From Rhynchobatus australiae (lineage: Eukaryota), in contig JAUZTB010000078.1 in the NCBI GenBank assembly GCA_034780895.1, positions 13,497,214 through 13,561,213 of the forward strand: 64,000 nucleotides of DNA, read 5' to 3'. Each line of letters begins with the position of its first letter. Within the stretch, counting starts at the first letter, position 1. The notes under the pieces were generated by a model. The model was not told where the DNA came from and did no database searches. It saw only the letters and a list, made by a program, of their open reading frames with translations. The translations under genes and the position numbers were made by a program. Below, in pieces: positions 40,101 to 55,100 of the stretch.

Positions 40101-43100
40101 TTCTTTAGCCAGTTATCATACATATATAGACATAATGACACTCAAAACTTTTTCTCCTTATTTACTCATTCAAAATCCTTAAGCTTTAAATGCTCCACAT
40201 CTCTCTATGATGTGCGAAGAATCCCAGAGTTGTACTTTCTCTGTGTAACAGAAGTTCTACATCCCTGGCACCATTCTGGTAAATCCATTCTGTACCCTAA
40301 AGTTCTCAATTGTAAAGGAAACTAAAACTAGGAACCGTAAGTTTAAGATAGTTATAAAGCCATCTTTTATCCAGAGAGTGGTTAGAATGTGGAACTTAGT
40401 ATCTATCTCTTTGTCCAAACCTTTGTTTATATACCCTAAAACAATGTCAATANNNNNNNNNNNNNNNNNNNNNNNNTCTTTGCTGCATTAAAGTGATTTG
40501 TAAAGTTGCTGCTATGAGTGCCCATTGTTCTGTTTGATGTGTCCTGAATTGTTAAATTCATGCAGATTCTTAACTTGGAACTGGATTGATACTTTTCCTG
40601 TTAACTGTAATATTTGTTGAATCAAAGACAAGTCAACAACCATTTAACAAGATTGCATCAGGCAATGTTGATCTTATTCACATATTACTATCTCAGAACT
40701 TGACTATGCACTTGAGAACTTTATCAGGAGTCACTCTTGCACTTTCTAATGGATGGCTGTTTAATGTTATACTTCTTTCCTCTGTCTTGGGGATTAAAAT
40801 TATGTTGAAATATACTTCAAAATATAAATTAATTGTGGTTTGATGAGTTGTGACATAATTCTACATAACAGTATCAATGGCATTTATATAGCACCCTTAA
40901 TGTTGCAAAATGTTAGATGCATTTCACAGAAGCAAAACCAGAACTTGGCACTCAGCTACATGGGGAGAGATTCAGAGAGAGACTAAAGATGTAGGTTTTA
41001 AGGAGAGAGATTGTCCAAACAAGTGCCTGCATTAAACACCAAAAACTCAAATCTGGAAACTCCATTTCAGTTCTGAGACAGAAAAGCAAAATAGAGGAAA
41101 GGATTAAGTAAACTGCAGAAAAGTTCACCTGAGTTTCATAATATTTATTTTTAGATCCAGTTCATCACAGCGAAGAGGAAATTATCAGAGGTGGACACAG
41201 GGATGTTATAATTCCTGAACCTGAATTTGGAGTCCCTTCTCAAATATATCAAGGTTTGAAAATAAATATTCTCTAGCATTTGTTCTCTAGCATTTTCTCT
41301 CGCATAGTGACTTTGAAAATTGATGGAAAGTGGAAGATTTGAGAATGTTACCTTAACCTTTTTAGGCCTGTTACTCGGAAAATCTAACCAAAAAAGTAGA
41401 AGAAAGAATAGGTATCATGCCTCTCCAGAATAAATCCTGATTGTGGTTATTTTCACTCTTAGCAATTGAGGGTAGAAAATAAAGATGTGCACATGTACTC
41501 TTAAATAAAATGAAAATAACTAATGACCATTAAATCTAATTTGAAATCATCAATAAGACATCTGTTTCAGTGCAAGGCTTCGTCCATTGTAAATTGAAAT
41601 CAACCCAAAAATCAGTTAACACAATTGCAGTAGAGAACTGGGTGCTTTTATCCTGAAACCAGTTCAACCACATTTATAGCAATTAACAAAATGCTTAATA
41701 GCCACCAAGTCACAGTTGAATCATGATTTGAAGTGCATTATTGCCAACCACACACTTCAGAAATGGACGTCTAAGTGTCTAATCACTATTTGCACGATGG
41801 CTGAAGGGTCTGAAGCTTTTGTAGCAGCATGGAAATCATCCAAAACAAAACTGTGCTAAACTGTTTCCCAAATGTTCAATGTTTTCAGCCCTGAGATGAA
41901 CAGTGCAAATGGTGTGTTGAAACACCTGAAAGGTATATAGCTATACTGATTGATTACAGCCCTATTTAATTACACTGATGCAAGGTCAGATTATAGTCTC
42001 CAATTATGAAAATACCTGTTCTTTAGTTTCAAACATTTGATGAAATTACTGTTTGGGATTATTATGGAATTAAACCAAATGTAAAGCAAATAAGATAAAG
42101 CAATTTAGATTTCATACTAAAAACAACTATCTTAAGATTTCCAGAACTATATCAATTTGTGAGCTAATATTTATTTTCTTTTGATACAGGGCTGAAAAAA
42201 GCTTTAAATATCTACTGCCTACAGCCTACAGCATCAGAATTAAATCTGACATTTTCTATATCAACTCTTTTTGACATCCGGTGGGGACTGCTTTTCTGAG
42301 TTTCAAACCAGCTAAGGAGCATTAGGCCTTTCTTTGGCACTGTGCCCTACTGTGAGACACAGTTCAATTCAACATAATGTGNNNNNNNNNNNNNNNNNNN
42401 NNNNNNNNNNNNNNNNNNNNNNNNNNNNNNNNNNNNNNNNNNNNNNNNNNNNNNNNNNNNNNNNNNNNNNNNNNNNNNNNNGAAGGAAAAATGGTTCCAA
42501 AGACACACATCTTTACTAATAATAGAAGATTTCAGCATATATTATTGTCTGCATCACTTGAAAGTGCTCTTTGGTGAGAATATTGTGATGCTAGCCATGT
42601 GAAAATATCTCATGTTGGTGACCTTGTGGAGGTAACTCTGAAGTGACTATGGAGGATTTTCATTTGTTAGCCAAATGTACATTTTTCAGAAAAAGTTATT
42701 AGATAATAATCATGGACAAGCATCTGATTTTGGGAAAACTTGGAAGTTTTCAACTTGCCATCCAAGCATAAAATTAAACTGGAGATCAGACACCTGATGT
42801 GGGAACTCTTTTTGTTTCATTTCCATTGGGTTCAGTTCAGAGTAATACATACTGTTTCCATAACTGTAGTGCAGTTACTTAGCACATCATACTTATCAAA
42901 TCTGAAACATATCTGAATGCTCAGTCCCATTCCAGGTGGTACATTAATGCACTGAGCTATTGGTGAGTATCATGACATTTCTGAATGAATCTGTGCGTTA
43001 ACTGCAGTTTACTGTGCAGACCAACATCCATTGAACCCAGGAACCCAAGAGCTCATAAGGAAAGTGCTTCTCTTAGTTTGAGAATGAAGCCTGTGCATTC

Positions 43101-46100
43101 CTGGATTTCAATATCCACAGACTAGCTAGGCCACCTCAGAATGTGTGCTCCATATTGAAAGTTGTATTTTTCTGTAGAATTGTCCTGAAGTAGTGTAATG
43201 GCTTTTGTAATTGGTGAATGGGACGTGATTTACGCTTCCCAGTGGTTATTGAGTTTCTTTAGTAGGTAGTGGTGAAATTGGATTTTATAGAAAGCTGAGA
43301 CTAGATGCAAAGGGAAGGGAAGAAATGAAATGGAATGTGAAATAGTGCATTGCAGGCTAATGTACAACAAGTGATTGGTGTACTTATGTAAACAAAGTGA
43401 ATCTTAAAAAGCTATGAAGGACAATAGGAGAAACTAAAAACCAAGATAGTTATAATGAGCCTAAAAGTAGACAGTCTCTGAAAAAGAAATCTCTGTAAAG
43501 AAGACATGAAGGAGTGAAAAAGGACTTTGCAAGAGGCATTGTCTACTACTGCAATGCGTAGGATAATATTTCTTGGAATCTGCTGTTTGTGGAAGTACAA
43601 TACCTTTACCAATTACAGCATTTAGCATAACTCCAACCCATGTTGAGTAAAACATAAAATATAATTCTTAAGGGGTACACTGACAAAAACTACTATTTGC
43701 TGCTTTTTGTGTAAATTAAGATATGTATAAGATATCTTTATTAGTCACACGTACATTGAAACACACAGTGAAATACATCGTTTGCGTAGAGTGTTCACCC
43801 TGCAAGTGTTGCCACATTTCCAGTGCCAACATAGCATGCCCACAACTTCCTAACCTATATGTCTTTGGAATGTGGGAGGAAACTGGAGCACCCAGAGGAA
43901 ACCCACACAGACATGGGGAGAATGTACAAACTCCTTACAATCAGTGGCCAGAATTGAACCTGGGTTGCTGGTGCTGTAATAGTAGTGTAGTATAGTTAAT
44001 TGCTACACTACTGTACCTGCCATGCACATCAGACATCTTTGCCAGGGACTTACTTAGACACAGTTATCAAGGTACTAAACATCAAAATGGTGTATACTTG
44101 GAGGGATGTTAGGATATAACATTGTATTTTTCACCTTCAGTTGTAGCCAATTATTTGCTATTGCAATTCTAGTTTTTGTAGAACTATTTCTAAAGTCCCA
44201 TTTTGTTTCCTAAATATCCAGTTTGGGAAAGTTGTTTTATTGAAATTCCTCCTTTTATTCAAATATTGTGAATGGGAGTCTTTAACGGTATTTGTCACCT
44301 CTTAGCCAGATAGTTGTCTCACTCTGATGTGGTTTGGTGGACCCAAAACTAGATTGACCTGTTTTTCACTGTTACTGTGTTGACATAGAAGGGATTAAAG
44401 ATGAATTTTAGATAGATCATCCAAATAGCATTCTGTCAAGTGAATATTTTGAAAAGTTTGAAGAAATAGATGGTTTAAAGAGTAGTGTGACTTTTTGGAA
44501 TGTCAGATTTCTGGAGTTATTAATCAAAAAAAGATTTTAAGGATTGGAAAGAAAATGACATTTAGGATAAGAAACTAAGGCATGGAAACAAGAGAGCCAA
44601 TATTGTTGAAGTTTGTGGGAGAGTCGCAAAATCCCACATACAGACTGCTTGTTGAAAACTGAAGATAATTACAAGGCAAAGAAAATGTGGATAGCTGATT
44701 GATACAGAAATCATTGGACTGGATTGTTCAACTAGCTGGTGCTTCTATGGAGAATTGCTGGCTAGCTGCAGTAGCTGGATTAGCTCATTCCTGACTTCCA
44801 CAGCTCATTAAATTGTGGAAGTCAGGAATGTGCTGCAAATCAGATGCCAACACATCTGACCTCCCACCCAGCCACTGGACTCAGCATTGTCCAGGAACAG
44901 AACTCTGTCGTAAGCTGAGGGCCAGATACATTTCATTACTGTCCCCAGCCATGGTTTGCACGTGTAGTGTGAGCCCATTCATTTGGATGGGGTCAGCATC
45001 CAATATTAAGATGCTTTTTTTTACTCGGTTCTTGTGTTCTTAATTTCTATAACAGGTGTGCTTTAAGTAATATACTAATTTTTTATTATTTCAAATAACT
45101 TAAATCTGAGGCATGTAGAAACAGTTAGAAAGGCCTTTGACTGCATTGGTGTTAAAAAACCTTCAAGACAGTCCAGAGGCAGGATTTTCCTTCTGAGGCC
45201 TTGCTGCAATTGTGGATTGTTCTGCTTTGCAAGATGACTATAGCACCATGGTCTTAACATGCAGGGCCGCAGAAGGTTAATCAGCTGTGGAAATAGAGCA
45301 GGACAGAGGACAAGGAATAAGTCAAATCAAGCGTAATCTGACCTATTACCTCTTTGAAAGGTTCCAAAGCAAATCGCAGAAGTGATTCAAATGGCCCAGT
45401 GCAGACATTCCTAGTTAGGAAGCCAAAGGGTAAAGACAAAACTGTGTGTATGTTGCATTAATTCTTTAGGTATAACACATTTTATATTTTCAAAACTTAG
45501 TAATTTGTAAGTGACAATTCTTCAGTTTTATTTTTAGATGTACAAACATTAGGGAAATAAAAGTTGTATGTTAAGCATTGGTTTCTGTTGCTTTAATTTA
45601 TTTATGTTTCCGTTTGTGCTTCCGGTGTTTGGAGTTTAACCAAGGTTCCATTTATGTATGCATCATATATTAGAGTTGACTTAGAAAGTGTATCATTCTG
45701 TCAATTGTACTCAGATTTTTTAATTGAACACTTGGCAAAGAGGCAAGCTATATTAGCAGAATTAAAGTAGGCTGCAGCGCATTAAAGTGAAGGTTGGGCA
45801 AGGTTTCATAATGGTCTGAACCAGCTCACGTTCCAATTAAAGGATGAACATTCCAATGCTTGGTGTATGTTTTCTTCACAAAGAAGGGAAGAACTGACAC
45901 TGATATAAATACTTGGCCACCGCACACCAGTTAAATTATGGTAAATTTTTAGACATACAACTAGTTTCTGTATCACTTTGGTATGTGGTATTTATACATG
46001 GGGGTTAAAACAAAAAGGAGCAATGTTGGATTGTAATCAATAAATGTGATCTTTCTCATTTGTTTTGAGTTCACCCTGAGCATACAAAGCCACATGTAGA

Positions 46101-49100
46101 TCAGAGTTTTCTCGTCATATTAAGTTTTTTGATTCTTCAGTTTGTGATTTGTGTTGTGCCCCCTCATCAATGAACACAGGTCATTAACAAAGTTCAAAAG
46201 ATTCAAGGCTATCAAATGGTTTGATTTATCTGATTTTATCAGTGTGTTTTATTGGGTAGTTTTATGGATCATCATTTTTAATCAAAAGAAGATATCCCTT
46301 TTAATTGCCAATATAAGATTAATGAAAACAGTGTTCTGGGCCTAAATGTGTGTTGTATCACATGCAACAATGCTAACCATAACTCATACTTACACATGGG
46401 CCATTAACTTAAATGAACTATTGATGTTAACCATATAATGGCAATTGAAACTTGAGGGAGGATTGTTATTGTCAAGTTTGGAGTGGTAAAACTACCCAGT
46501 GGCTCAATTGATATGCACCAGACATTCTTGATCTGGGCTGAGTTAAATAATTACAGACAGGGTCAACAACCAATTTCTAAGGGGAAAATGAGTCGGGTTC
46601 CACATTCCTGCTTGCTACCCAGAGATTAAATCAGGAAATTGAAAATGTAATTTGTAATCATAATATTAGATTAAATCATGAAGTCCACGTGGACATTTTA
46701 ATCAGGTGCTTGCATGACTTTAGTGCCTATGGAATTACAAATTGCCTATTGTGAAAAAGGGGGGAACCTCATAAGCCAGGTTGAACCATGAGATTTAACT
46801 TCTAGTTACTCAGTTATAATGCATCATTGTTATTGTCATGAGACCTATTATTGGGTTGTCAGTGTCATACTAGGATTATTATCTTTCACATTCATTAATC
46901 CTGCAACATCACATGAAATTTTCCTATACATTTATTTTATACCCGTCATTCTATTGTAACCTGATTTTCTTTTTTTCTTTTGTACCTTACTCCTGATGCC
47001 TTTTTTCACTGGTCAAGACAGTGGAATTATCCAGCCCATGAACATCTTAGCAAAAAAGCATTCATGTCATTCTTTGACTGGAAGTGCAAGATACAGGTTT
47101 TCTTTTCTCAAACACTTTTCCTTACCATAGCAGATATACTGAGAACTAACAAGCTCATTGTAAAATCATACTGTGATAGAGAATGAAAGTGTGTAGATGC
47201 ACACAGTTAAAAAAGTGAGAAGTACAATAATCCCCTGGGCATTGTCATTGAGTGGTATGTGAGAGGAAACCTTGATAAATGTAACAAATCTTAATGGTAC
47301 AGTTATCAAATAATTTCATTTCAGATTCAAAAGAAGACCTTGTATGGGACTTGGATGGTGAAAGCAGAAGGCAATTTATGAACAAAGTGCCACATTATGA
47401 ATCATTTGAAGAAATGTTTTCAGGTGTGAAAAGTAATTATAGACAAAGAGATACCAAGGGCTAATTCCTTTCCCTGTGGTTTTTTGTAGAAGTGCAACAA
47501 TTTATTTAGTACAGCTTCCCAATGTTGCACCTGCTCCTCAACCAGCCAGTTTAAAATAGCAAGCAAATAAATAGCATCTGGGGAAATTACTGACTTAAAT
47601 TTGCATATAAGATTATAAAGAGCCGATGAACACAAACCTATCAACGTAGCATATTATTCTGCACATAAATGATCCTGAAGACTTGTTAATGTCACAATGC
47701 ATTCTAGCAGGAATTTATACAATGCTCCTCAAGTAGATGAGCACTTTCAGGACATTGACACTGAATGGGAAATCTTAGGAATAAAGACCTACCTGAAAGG
47801 ATTAGCTTTTTAAAATGGTTTTGAAGCTAAAGAGAAAGCTATGGTGAAGTTGTTTGGGGATTGAGAAGTAATGCAGAAAGATTTATGATTTTGGAGGAGT
47901 GGGGCAAACCAGTAATGTTTAAGAGTCAGTATAAAACATAGAATGTGACCTGGCGGGAGGAGCTGGAGAATATTTTTCACCAGGGGAACAAAAGAACAAA
48001 ACTTCTGAAATAAATTTATTTAGATACAGAGAGCTAGTGAGATATGCACAGCAGAAGTGGATATTTGTAGGAGAAAACTTAAAACATGAAAGCTATGTAA
48101 ATTTCAGCATCAACAATCAGCATGGAAGTTGATGGGTTTGTTTCCAGGAGCACATTGATTCTGTTAAAAGCATCATGGATACTGTCTTGTTAAGCTAATT
48201 GTTGGCTTATCTAAACCGTGAGGGAATTTGGTGTCAGTCAGATGGAGAGTGCAGCAACTGACCCAGATTAGGTGGTTCTTGCAGAGTGGAACCGTTGAAG
48301 GGTGTGAAAGATAAACATTTGTCTCAAATGAGCGAGAGAAGTGATAAGTAAAAAGGAAGCACTAAATACAGTGGTCTGCATGAGCAACCTTTTGGGTGTT
48401 GGTACAAAAAACCACTTGAGATTTAATGAATGCGTTGTTGATAAATGCAATGTTAAACTATATAAGGAAAGTCCAGTTCCAGCTCCAACCAAGTTATTCA
48501 TTGTTTATTTTGGCACAACTTTAAGGTATATCGCTACTGTGTGGATTGTAATATGTGATGAAAAGATATAGCCAGAAACATGAGATCTTGGAAGTGCACT
48601 TTCCAGCAGGCTCTGACTTCTTACTGCTCTTGAACTCTCCTATATTCCTGGTTCTTGGCTCCATTCTTTCCTCCTTGGGATGTTTGAGCCATATATGGTA
48701 TAATAGTGCTGAAGAATCCACATCGTGATAGTAGTTATCAGATCTCCTGTATGTGATATTTGTTCTTCCAGCTATATTTCTTTTCAGACCTTGACCTTCC
48801 AAGTGCTGATTTGTCCCCTTGAGTTATGAGGGTGCTTTCAGTCCAAAAATGTCTTGGATTGATAATTTATGAGCTTCTGGATATCATGGTCATTCTTATC
48901 AGACCATTCTTGGTGTTCTCTCGTAGAGCAACAAACGGTTCTTTGCAGGTGCTAATTAAAGTGACCTTCAGAAAGACCAGGTATTTTGGACATTCTGTAA
49001 CTCCTATAGATTGGAAATCTTCAGGTTGACTTTTCAGGTCAACTGAATAGAGCATTCTTTGTGGTGTCTGTGATATTGATGCTTGTGTAGCAGCTTTTCT

Positions 49101-52100
49101 TTCACCATCATCCTTTTGAGGCCAAGTTGATGAAGATAACAAAGTGGAATAAGCAGTGGATGATCCATCAAGCATTAGTTCCTGCCATAGCAAAAGAGAT
49201 GAAATGCCCTTGCAATCCCTTGATCAGGCAATGACATACTAATAAGTACAAGTACTTGGATTAATGATATTGCCACAGAGGGTTACTAAGACACCATTGT
49301 TTTTTTTGGAGAAACTGCTGAAGGAACTCAGCAGGTCAGGAGCATCTGTAGATGGAAATGGATAGTCAATGTTTTGGGTCAAGATCATTCATCTGGACTG
49401 TTTTTTTTGCTCCAGATTCCAGCACCTGCAGTCTCTGGTGTCTCTGTTTTATTGGTTTGCCTTTCTAGTGCCCTGCCACCTCGTTCCTTGAGCTGTTTTT
49501 CTCTTGCTTGTAATGTCCCACTCAGTATGTTATCAATGTAAAAGTGTCTGTATTCCTTGACTATGGTAGTAGTCATTTCAGTTCTGTCACATTTTGGGTT
49601 GTTCAAAAAGGTACCAGTGTCCCAGGTCCCAAACTTCACTTTAACGATCAAAACATGCCTGTACATTATTTCTTTAAATGTGGAGTAGGCATTGTGGACT
49701 AGTTGACAGAACTATGCTGCCCAGGGCCTCTGACCAAGTATAGACCAATTCTGCCCCCTTCTCTCATCTCCTCCCTCCCCACCACCCACACCCCCCAACA
49801 CACACACATGCATAAAACCACACAAGTTCCCCAGAAGAACTCAGGAAGATTTCAAAGCTTCAACTAACTAGGAGGAGCTGGCTGATGTTAACAGACTGTG
49901 ATTACTCAGTGCTCTGTAGAACATTCGTTGGATTGTACCATGTGTTTTGCTGGCTGAGGGAAGCAGAATCATCCTCCGGGAGTAGATTCTCCTAATGATT
50001 TGGGGAATTAAAAGTCTTACCGCAGTAGTTCAATACCACAGAGAGTGGATAGCCCTTAGTTGGATTTGTAAATAGAACTTGCTAAATACCAAAGTTCATC
50101 CAGCTTATACTAAGGATTACAAATTGATGACTCCATGATCTGATGTTCAAAGTCCTTCTGTAGGAGTCATCAGAGACTTGTACATTCATTTTCATTTTTG
50201 TATTTGTAGCCTAGTCACATTTACAGGTAAAAAAAGATATTTACTTGAGATACCGAAGGCATGGCAACTAGCAGTATGGAATCAATAGCACTAAGGTACA
50301 TTGCTTTCAGGAGAGGGAAGATATTAGATTTTATAATTTTAGATTTAAAAAAAACAGAACATTTAAAGAAAAGGACTTTGCTTTAACTGTAAGCCATTAG
50401 GCAGACTATGATGCCAACGGGGTTTCAGACCTGATAAATGCTGATCTCACATGAACTGTCAAATTGAAGTAAGGCACTCTCTAAGGTGGAGGCAAGTTTA
50501 TTTATAAGTTTGTTGCAAATAGCTAGAGCCTGCAAACAGTGGCTATTGTTAGGTAATGTTGGTATAAACCTAAGCTTTTTCTGTGGCTGGGCAATTGCAT
50601 TTGGCATAAACGCAATACTGAAGGATTGTCATGTACACTTAACTCATAGTAGGAATGTTTCTTTGGCAATAAAATTACTTCTCAAATTTCCCTCAGCATC
50701 TTTTTTGATTCCTCCCACTTTCTACAAATTGAAGATGTAGCAATGTTCACTTACATGGGGCCCCTGCTACGTCTGTCTTTTTGTGGACTATTTGGTATAG
50801 TCCTTGTTTCAAACCTACTCTGGCACCCCCTCCCCAACTCTTTCTCTGCTACATTGAGGACTGCATTGCTCGTGCAGATCTTTTCACCTTTGCTACCAAC
50901 TTCCATTGCATCCTTAAATTCACCTGGACTGTTTCTGACATGTCTCCTCCTTTTCTGGATCCACCAATATCTGCTATAAACCCATGGGTACTCGCAGCTA
51001 CCTCAACTACTACTCCCACCCTGACTCCTTTAAGGATGTCATCCTTTTCTCTCAGTTTCTCCATCTCCACTGGATCTCTTCTCAAGATGAGGCTTTCTGC
51101 TGTAGGACATGAAATCTCCTTGTTCAGAAAACATGGCTTCCCCTCTGCTGTGGTTGATGAAGCCCTCACATGCACTTCCTCCGTTTCCTGCACGTCTGCT
51201 CTCAGCCCTACTTCCCTCCCTAGACAGAACTAAGAGTTCCTTGATCCTCACCTTCCACCCGACTAGCCTCCATATCCAGCATATTATCCTTTGCCATTTC
51301 CACCAGCTGCAATAAGATCCTTCTGCCAGTCAGATCTTCCCCCCAGCCCCCTTTCTGCTCTCCGCAGGCACAGTCCATGACTCCTTTCCCTCCCTATCCC
51401 CTGGCACTTTCCCCTGCAACCGTAGGAGGTACAACACTCCATCTCTTCCCTCACTGCCATCAAGGACCTCAACAGCCCTTCCGGGTGAGGCAGAGATTTA
51501 TATGCATCTCCTCCAATTTGGTGTATTGCATTCAGTGCTTGAGATGCTGCCTGCTCTATATCAGCAACCCAAAGCAGAGACTAAGCGATCATAATGCAGA
51601 GCACCTGTGCTCTGTCCACAATGGCCAGTTTGAGCTTCTGGATGTTTATGTAGATCATTTCAACTCTCCTTCCCACTGCCACACCAACCTGTCTATCCTC
51701 AGCCTTCTACACTGCCATGTTGAGGCCAAATGCAAACTAGAACACCTCACAGTTCATTTGGGCAGCCTACAACTCAATGGCGTGAACATTGAATTTTTTA
51801 ATTTTAGGTAACCCATCTCCTCTGTGTTCCTTTCTTACTATCCATCCAGGTTTTTTTTTCTGTCTCTCCCCCTTTCCCCCTCTCTCCCTCTCTTTTCACC
51901 TTTTCCATTCCTTCCCCCTTTGTAACTAAGACTTCACCCTCCTCCATCTGGTTCCATCTGCCCTTCATCCTCATTCCTATCCACCTGGGTTTCTCCTTTG
52001 ATCTCCCAAGGTTCGTCTTTCCTGTCTTGGCCCCCACCTGGATTTATCTGGCCACCATCCCTCCCTTATCTGGTTCCACTATCACTNNNNNNNNNNNNNN

Positions 52101-55100
52101 NNNNNNNNNNNNNNNNNNNNNNNNNNNNNNNNNNNNNNNNNNNNNNNNNNNNNNNNNNNNNNNNNNNNNNNNNNNNNNNNNNNNNNCACATAAGACAGCA
52201 GTCATTTGATATGAGTAAACAAAAATCACATAGCCTGTGAGTAAATAGGTACTATGATCATTTTTGTGCACTTGTCTCTGAAGTGGGACAATTTACCCAC
52301 AACCTACTGATTTGAGGCAAGAAGGCAGCACACTGAACAATGGCTGACATATTGTATCATAGATGTGTTTGAATTTCGTGTTACATTATTGAAAATATGT
52401 ACATGCTTTGCTCATTCAGTGGGGAAGCTTTAGTTTTACCATGGTGGAATTGTTTTTACAGAATGAACATTTATGAAATTGTTCATTACTTGGTTTCAGT
52501 TCAGGTTGTTAGAGTTGGCTGTTGCTGAGCAGCTTGCTGATTACCATCTTGTAAAAAGAAATCCTGTGTGGAGGATAAATCATTTAATATGTTGTGTTAA
52601 TGGCTACATGCAGTGATATTTGAGAAAATGTTTGCACCATAGAAAATATTAATTTGCTCGTTTACAACAATATCACTCTCTACAGAGCTTTTCCTCTCCA
52701 AAAGTTTCATTTAAACATGGTGGTTGAGATTATGCCTCATCATGACCTCATCCAAAAGCTAGGCAAGCTAGGACTTTCATTGCACCCTGGTAATATGACA
52801 ATAAACTAATTTGATTCTGATGGCACTTCTGACAGTATACCAGTAGGGCATTATCTGTGATCTTATGCTCAAATCTCTTGAGAGAGAGACTTGACCTCAT
52901 AATCTGTGAATTTATTGCAATATCATCTGGGAACCAAATCTGAGAGTGGAGGTATAAAACTAAGGTAGAAATAATAGCATTTGGGGTTTTAAAATTATGG
53001 TTTTCACGAGAAAAGATTTAGTATTAAATTAAATACAAACAAATTGTTAGAAATGCTTAACAGGCCAGTTTGCAAGTGCAGAAAGAGAAAGAAAGAAAAT
53101 TTGATAAAGTTAATGTTTCAGGTCAGTAACCTTTCTACAATCAGAGAACTTCTGATGAAAATAGAACCAGGCTGGCATCTTCAGTTGGTAAAGTCAATTT
53201 AACCAACCTTTGTACAAAACAATATTAACTAATAGGCATATAATTTGAAGCCAGATCTTTATGTAAGTGAATAAANNNNNNNNNNNNNNNNNNNNNNNNN
53301 NNNNNNNNNNNNNNNNNNNNNNNNNNNNNNNNNNNNNNNNNNNNNNNNNNNNNNNNNNNNNNNNNNNNNNNNNNNAATACAGAGTAAAGTGTCACAGCTA
53401 CAGAGAAGTGCAGTGCAGGTAGAGAATAAGGTGCAAGGTCACAACAAGGTAGATTGTGAGGTCAAATATCCCAAGCAGAAGCCTCATGACCAGTTCTCCA
53501 GTGAACAGGAAGTGTGGTAAAGCTAAGAATCTTTAATCCAATGTACATTAAATAAATAATCCTAGATTGCAAGGACTGGTCTCATTGTCGCTAATACCAC
53601 ATTTCACTTGCATTGACAAAACTAAAAATCCATCATGGTTAATGAGATGCCTCACAGCCTATTTGAAGGCTGGATCCTCTGAACATCTACTTATAATTAG
53701 TGCAGAGATGCCTTTTGCATTCCATCAATGGAGGCTGTACCGTGATTGAATTTACTAATTCCATTATCTCATGAAGTAGCTGAAGCTTTGCCTAATTCTT
53801 TGCCCCAATCAAGAAATCGTCACAAGGTGAATATGGATGTTGTCATTCAATCCGACTGTTTCAAGCAGTCAATCTCAGAAAGTCTGTTTTGTAGCCATGA
53901 TCAACACAATGAATTTGAATTTGGAATCAGCTTTGAAGTCATGGTACCCACCAATGGCTTCATAGTAAGCTGTTCCAAAGATCGAGCAATAACTATGGCA
54001 TGGAATACAGTACCTGGATTCAAGACTCAATGTCTCAATAAACCTGGAAGGTTAAGAGGTAATCAGGATTTCCTGATTAAGTTACAACATTCTAGAGCAT
54101 TTCCAGGCATATCTGATTTCATTCTTAAAAATAAAAGACAGATTATGTGCCTTAACAAGATCTAGGAGCTCTTCATCTTTTGAATTTGCTGAACTTTACA
54201 TTTGGATTTAATAGAACAATCTGTCCAACCAAGCAGTCAAAATGAGTTCTCCAAGCTATGGCAACATTTTAACATTCAGTCGCTAAAAACAAGGTTTCTG
54301 TGCAAGTCCAGTCTTTGCTTTAATATTCTAAAATAATGTTAACAGTGCATATTTTAATTATTATGAAAATTGTTGGAAAATGTGTGCCTTCTTTATTATC
54401 CTTTCCACTTGTATTGCCACTTTCAGGGAGCTGTGGACTTCGACCCCAAGATTTCTTTGTATGTTAATGCTCCAAAGGGTCCTGCCATTTACTGCATACT
54501 TTCTTCTTGTATTCGATCTCCCAAAATGCAACGCCTCACACTTGTCCAGATTGAACTCCATCTGCCATTTTTCCATCCAAATTTCCGCCTGATCTATATC
54601 CTACTGTATTCTTTGACAACCTTCCTTGTTATCCACAACTCTGCTGATTTTCATGTTGTCTGCAAACTTACCAATCACCCCACCTATGTTTTTATACAAG
54701 TAATTAATATATATTACAAACAATAGAGGTCCCAGCACTGCTCCTTGCAGAACACCACTGGTCACAGACTTCCAGTTCTCTATGACCATATTAAGCCAAT
54801 TTCATATCCAATTTACTAACTCATGGTGGATTCCATGTGGTTTATGGAATTGAATTATTAAAAAACTATAATTGTTTATTTGGTATTTAAAGCATTATTA
54901 GAATTTAGTCAAAGCACACACAAACACACCCTGATGTGTTTAGTAGGTCCAGCATTTTGAATTTTTTTCCAGATTTCAACCACCTACAATTCTTTGCATA
55001 TCTGGTTATTGCTGTGTAGTATTAAAACTTTGATAGTTGTTCAAACTAAATGTTCCCTTGTTTTCCAGACTTAGAAGATGAAAAGATCAAGCAAGCTAAT

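Noticed and set aside
42190-42575. Possible extra exons of gene 2 (42190-42280; about 42482-42572)
   Set aside because: The first breaks phase (91 bp). The second has its acceptor in a gap and no similarity to the repeat module, so it cannot be supported.
47711-47812. Open stretch NLYNAPQVDEHFQDIDTEWEILGIK after a cag
   Set aside because: Wrong phase and no donor. It resembles the dispersed repeat also seen near 40880-41010.
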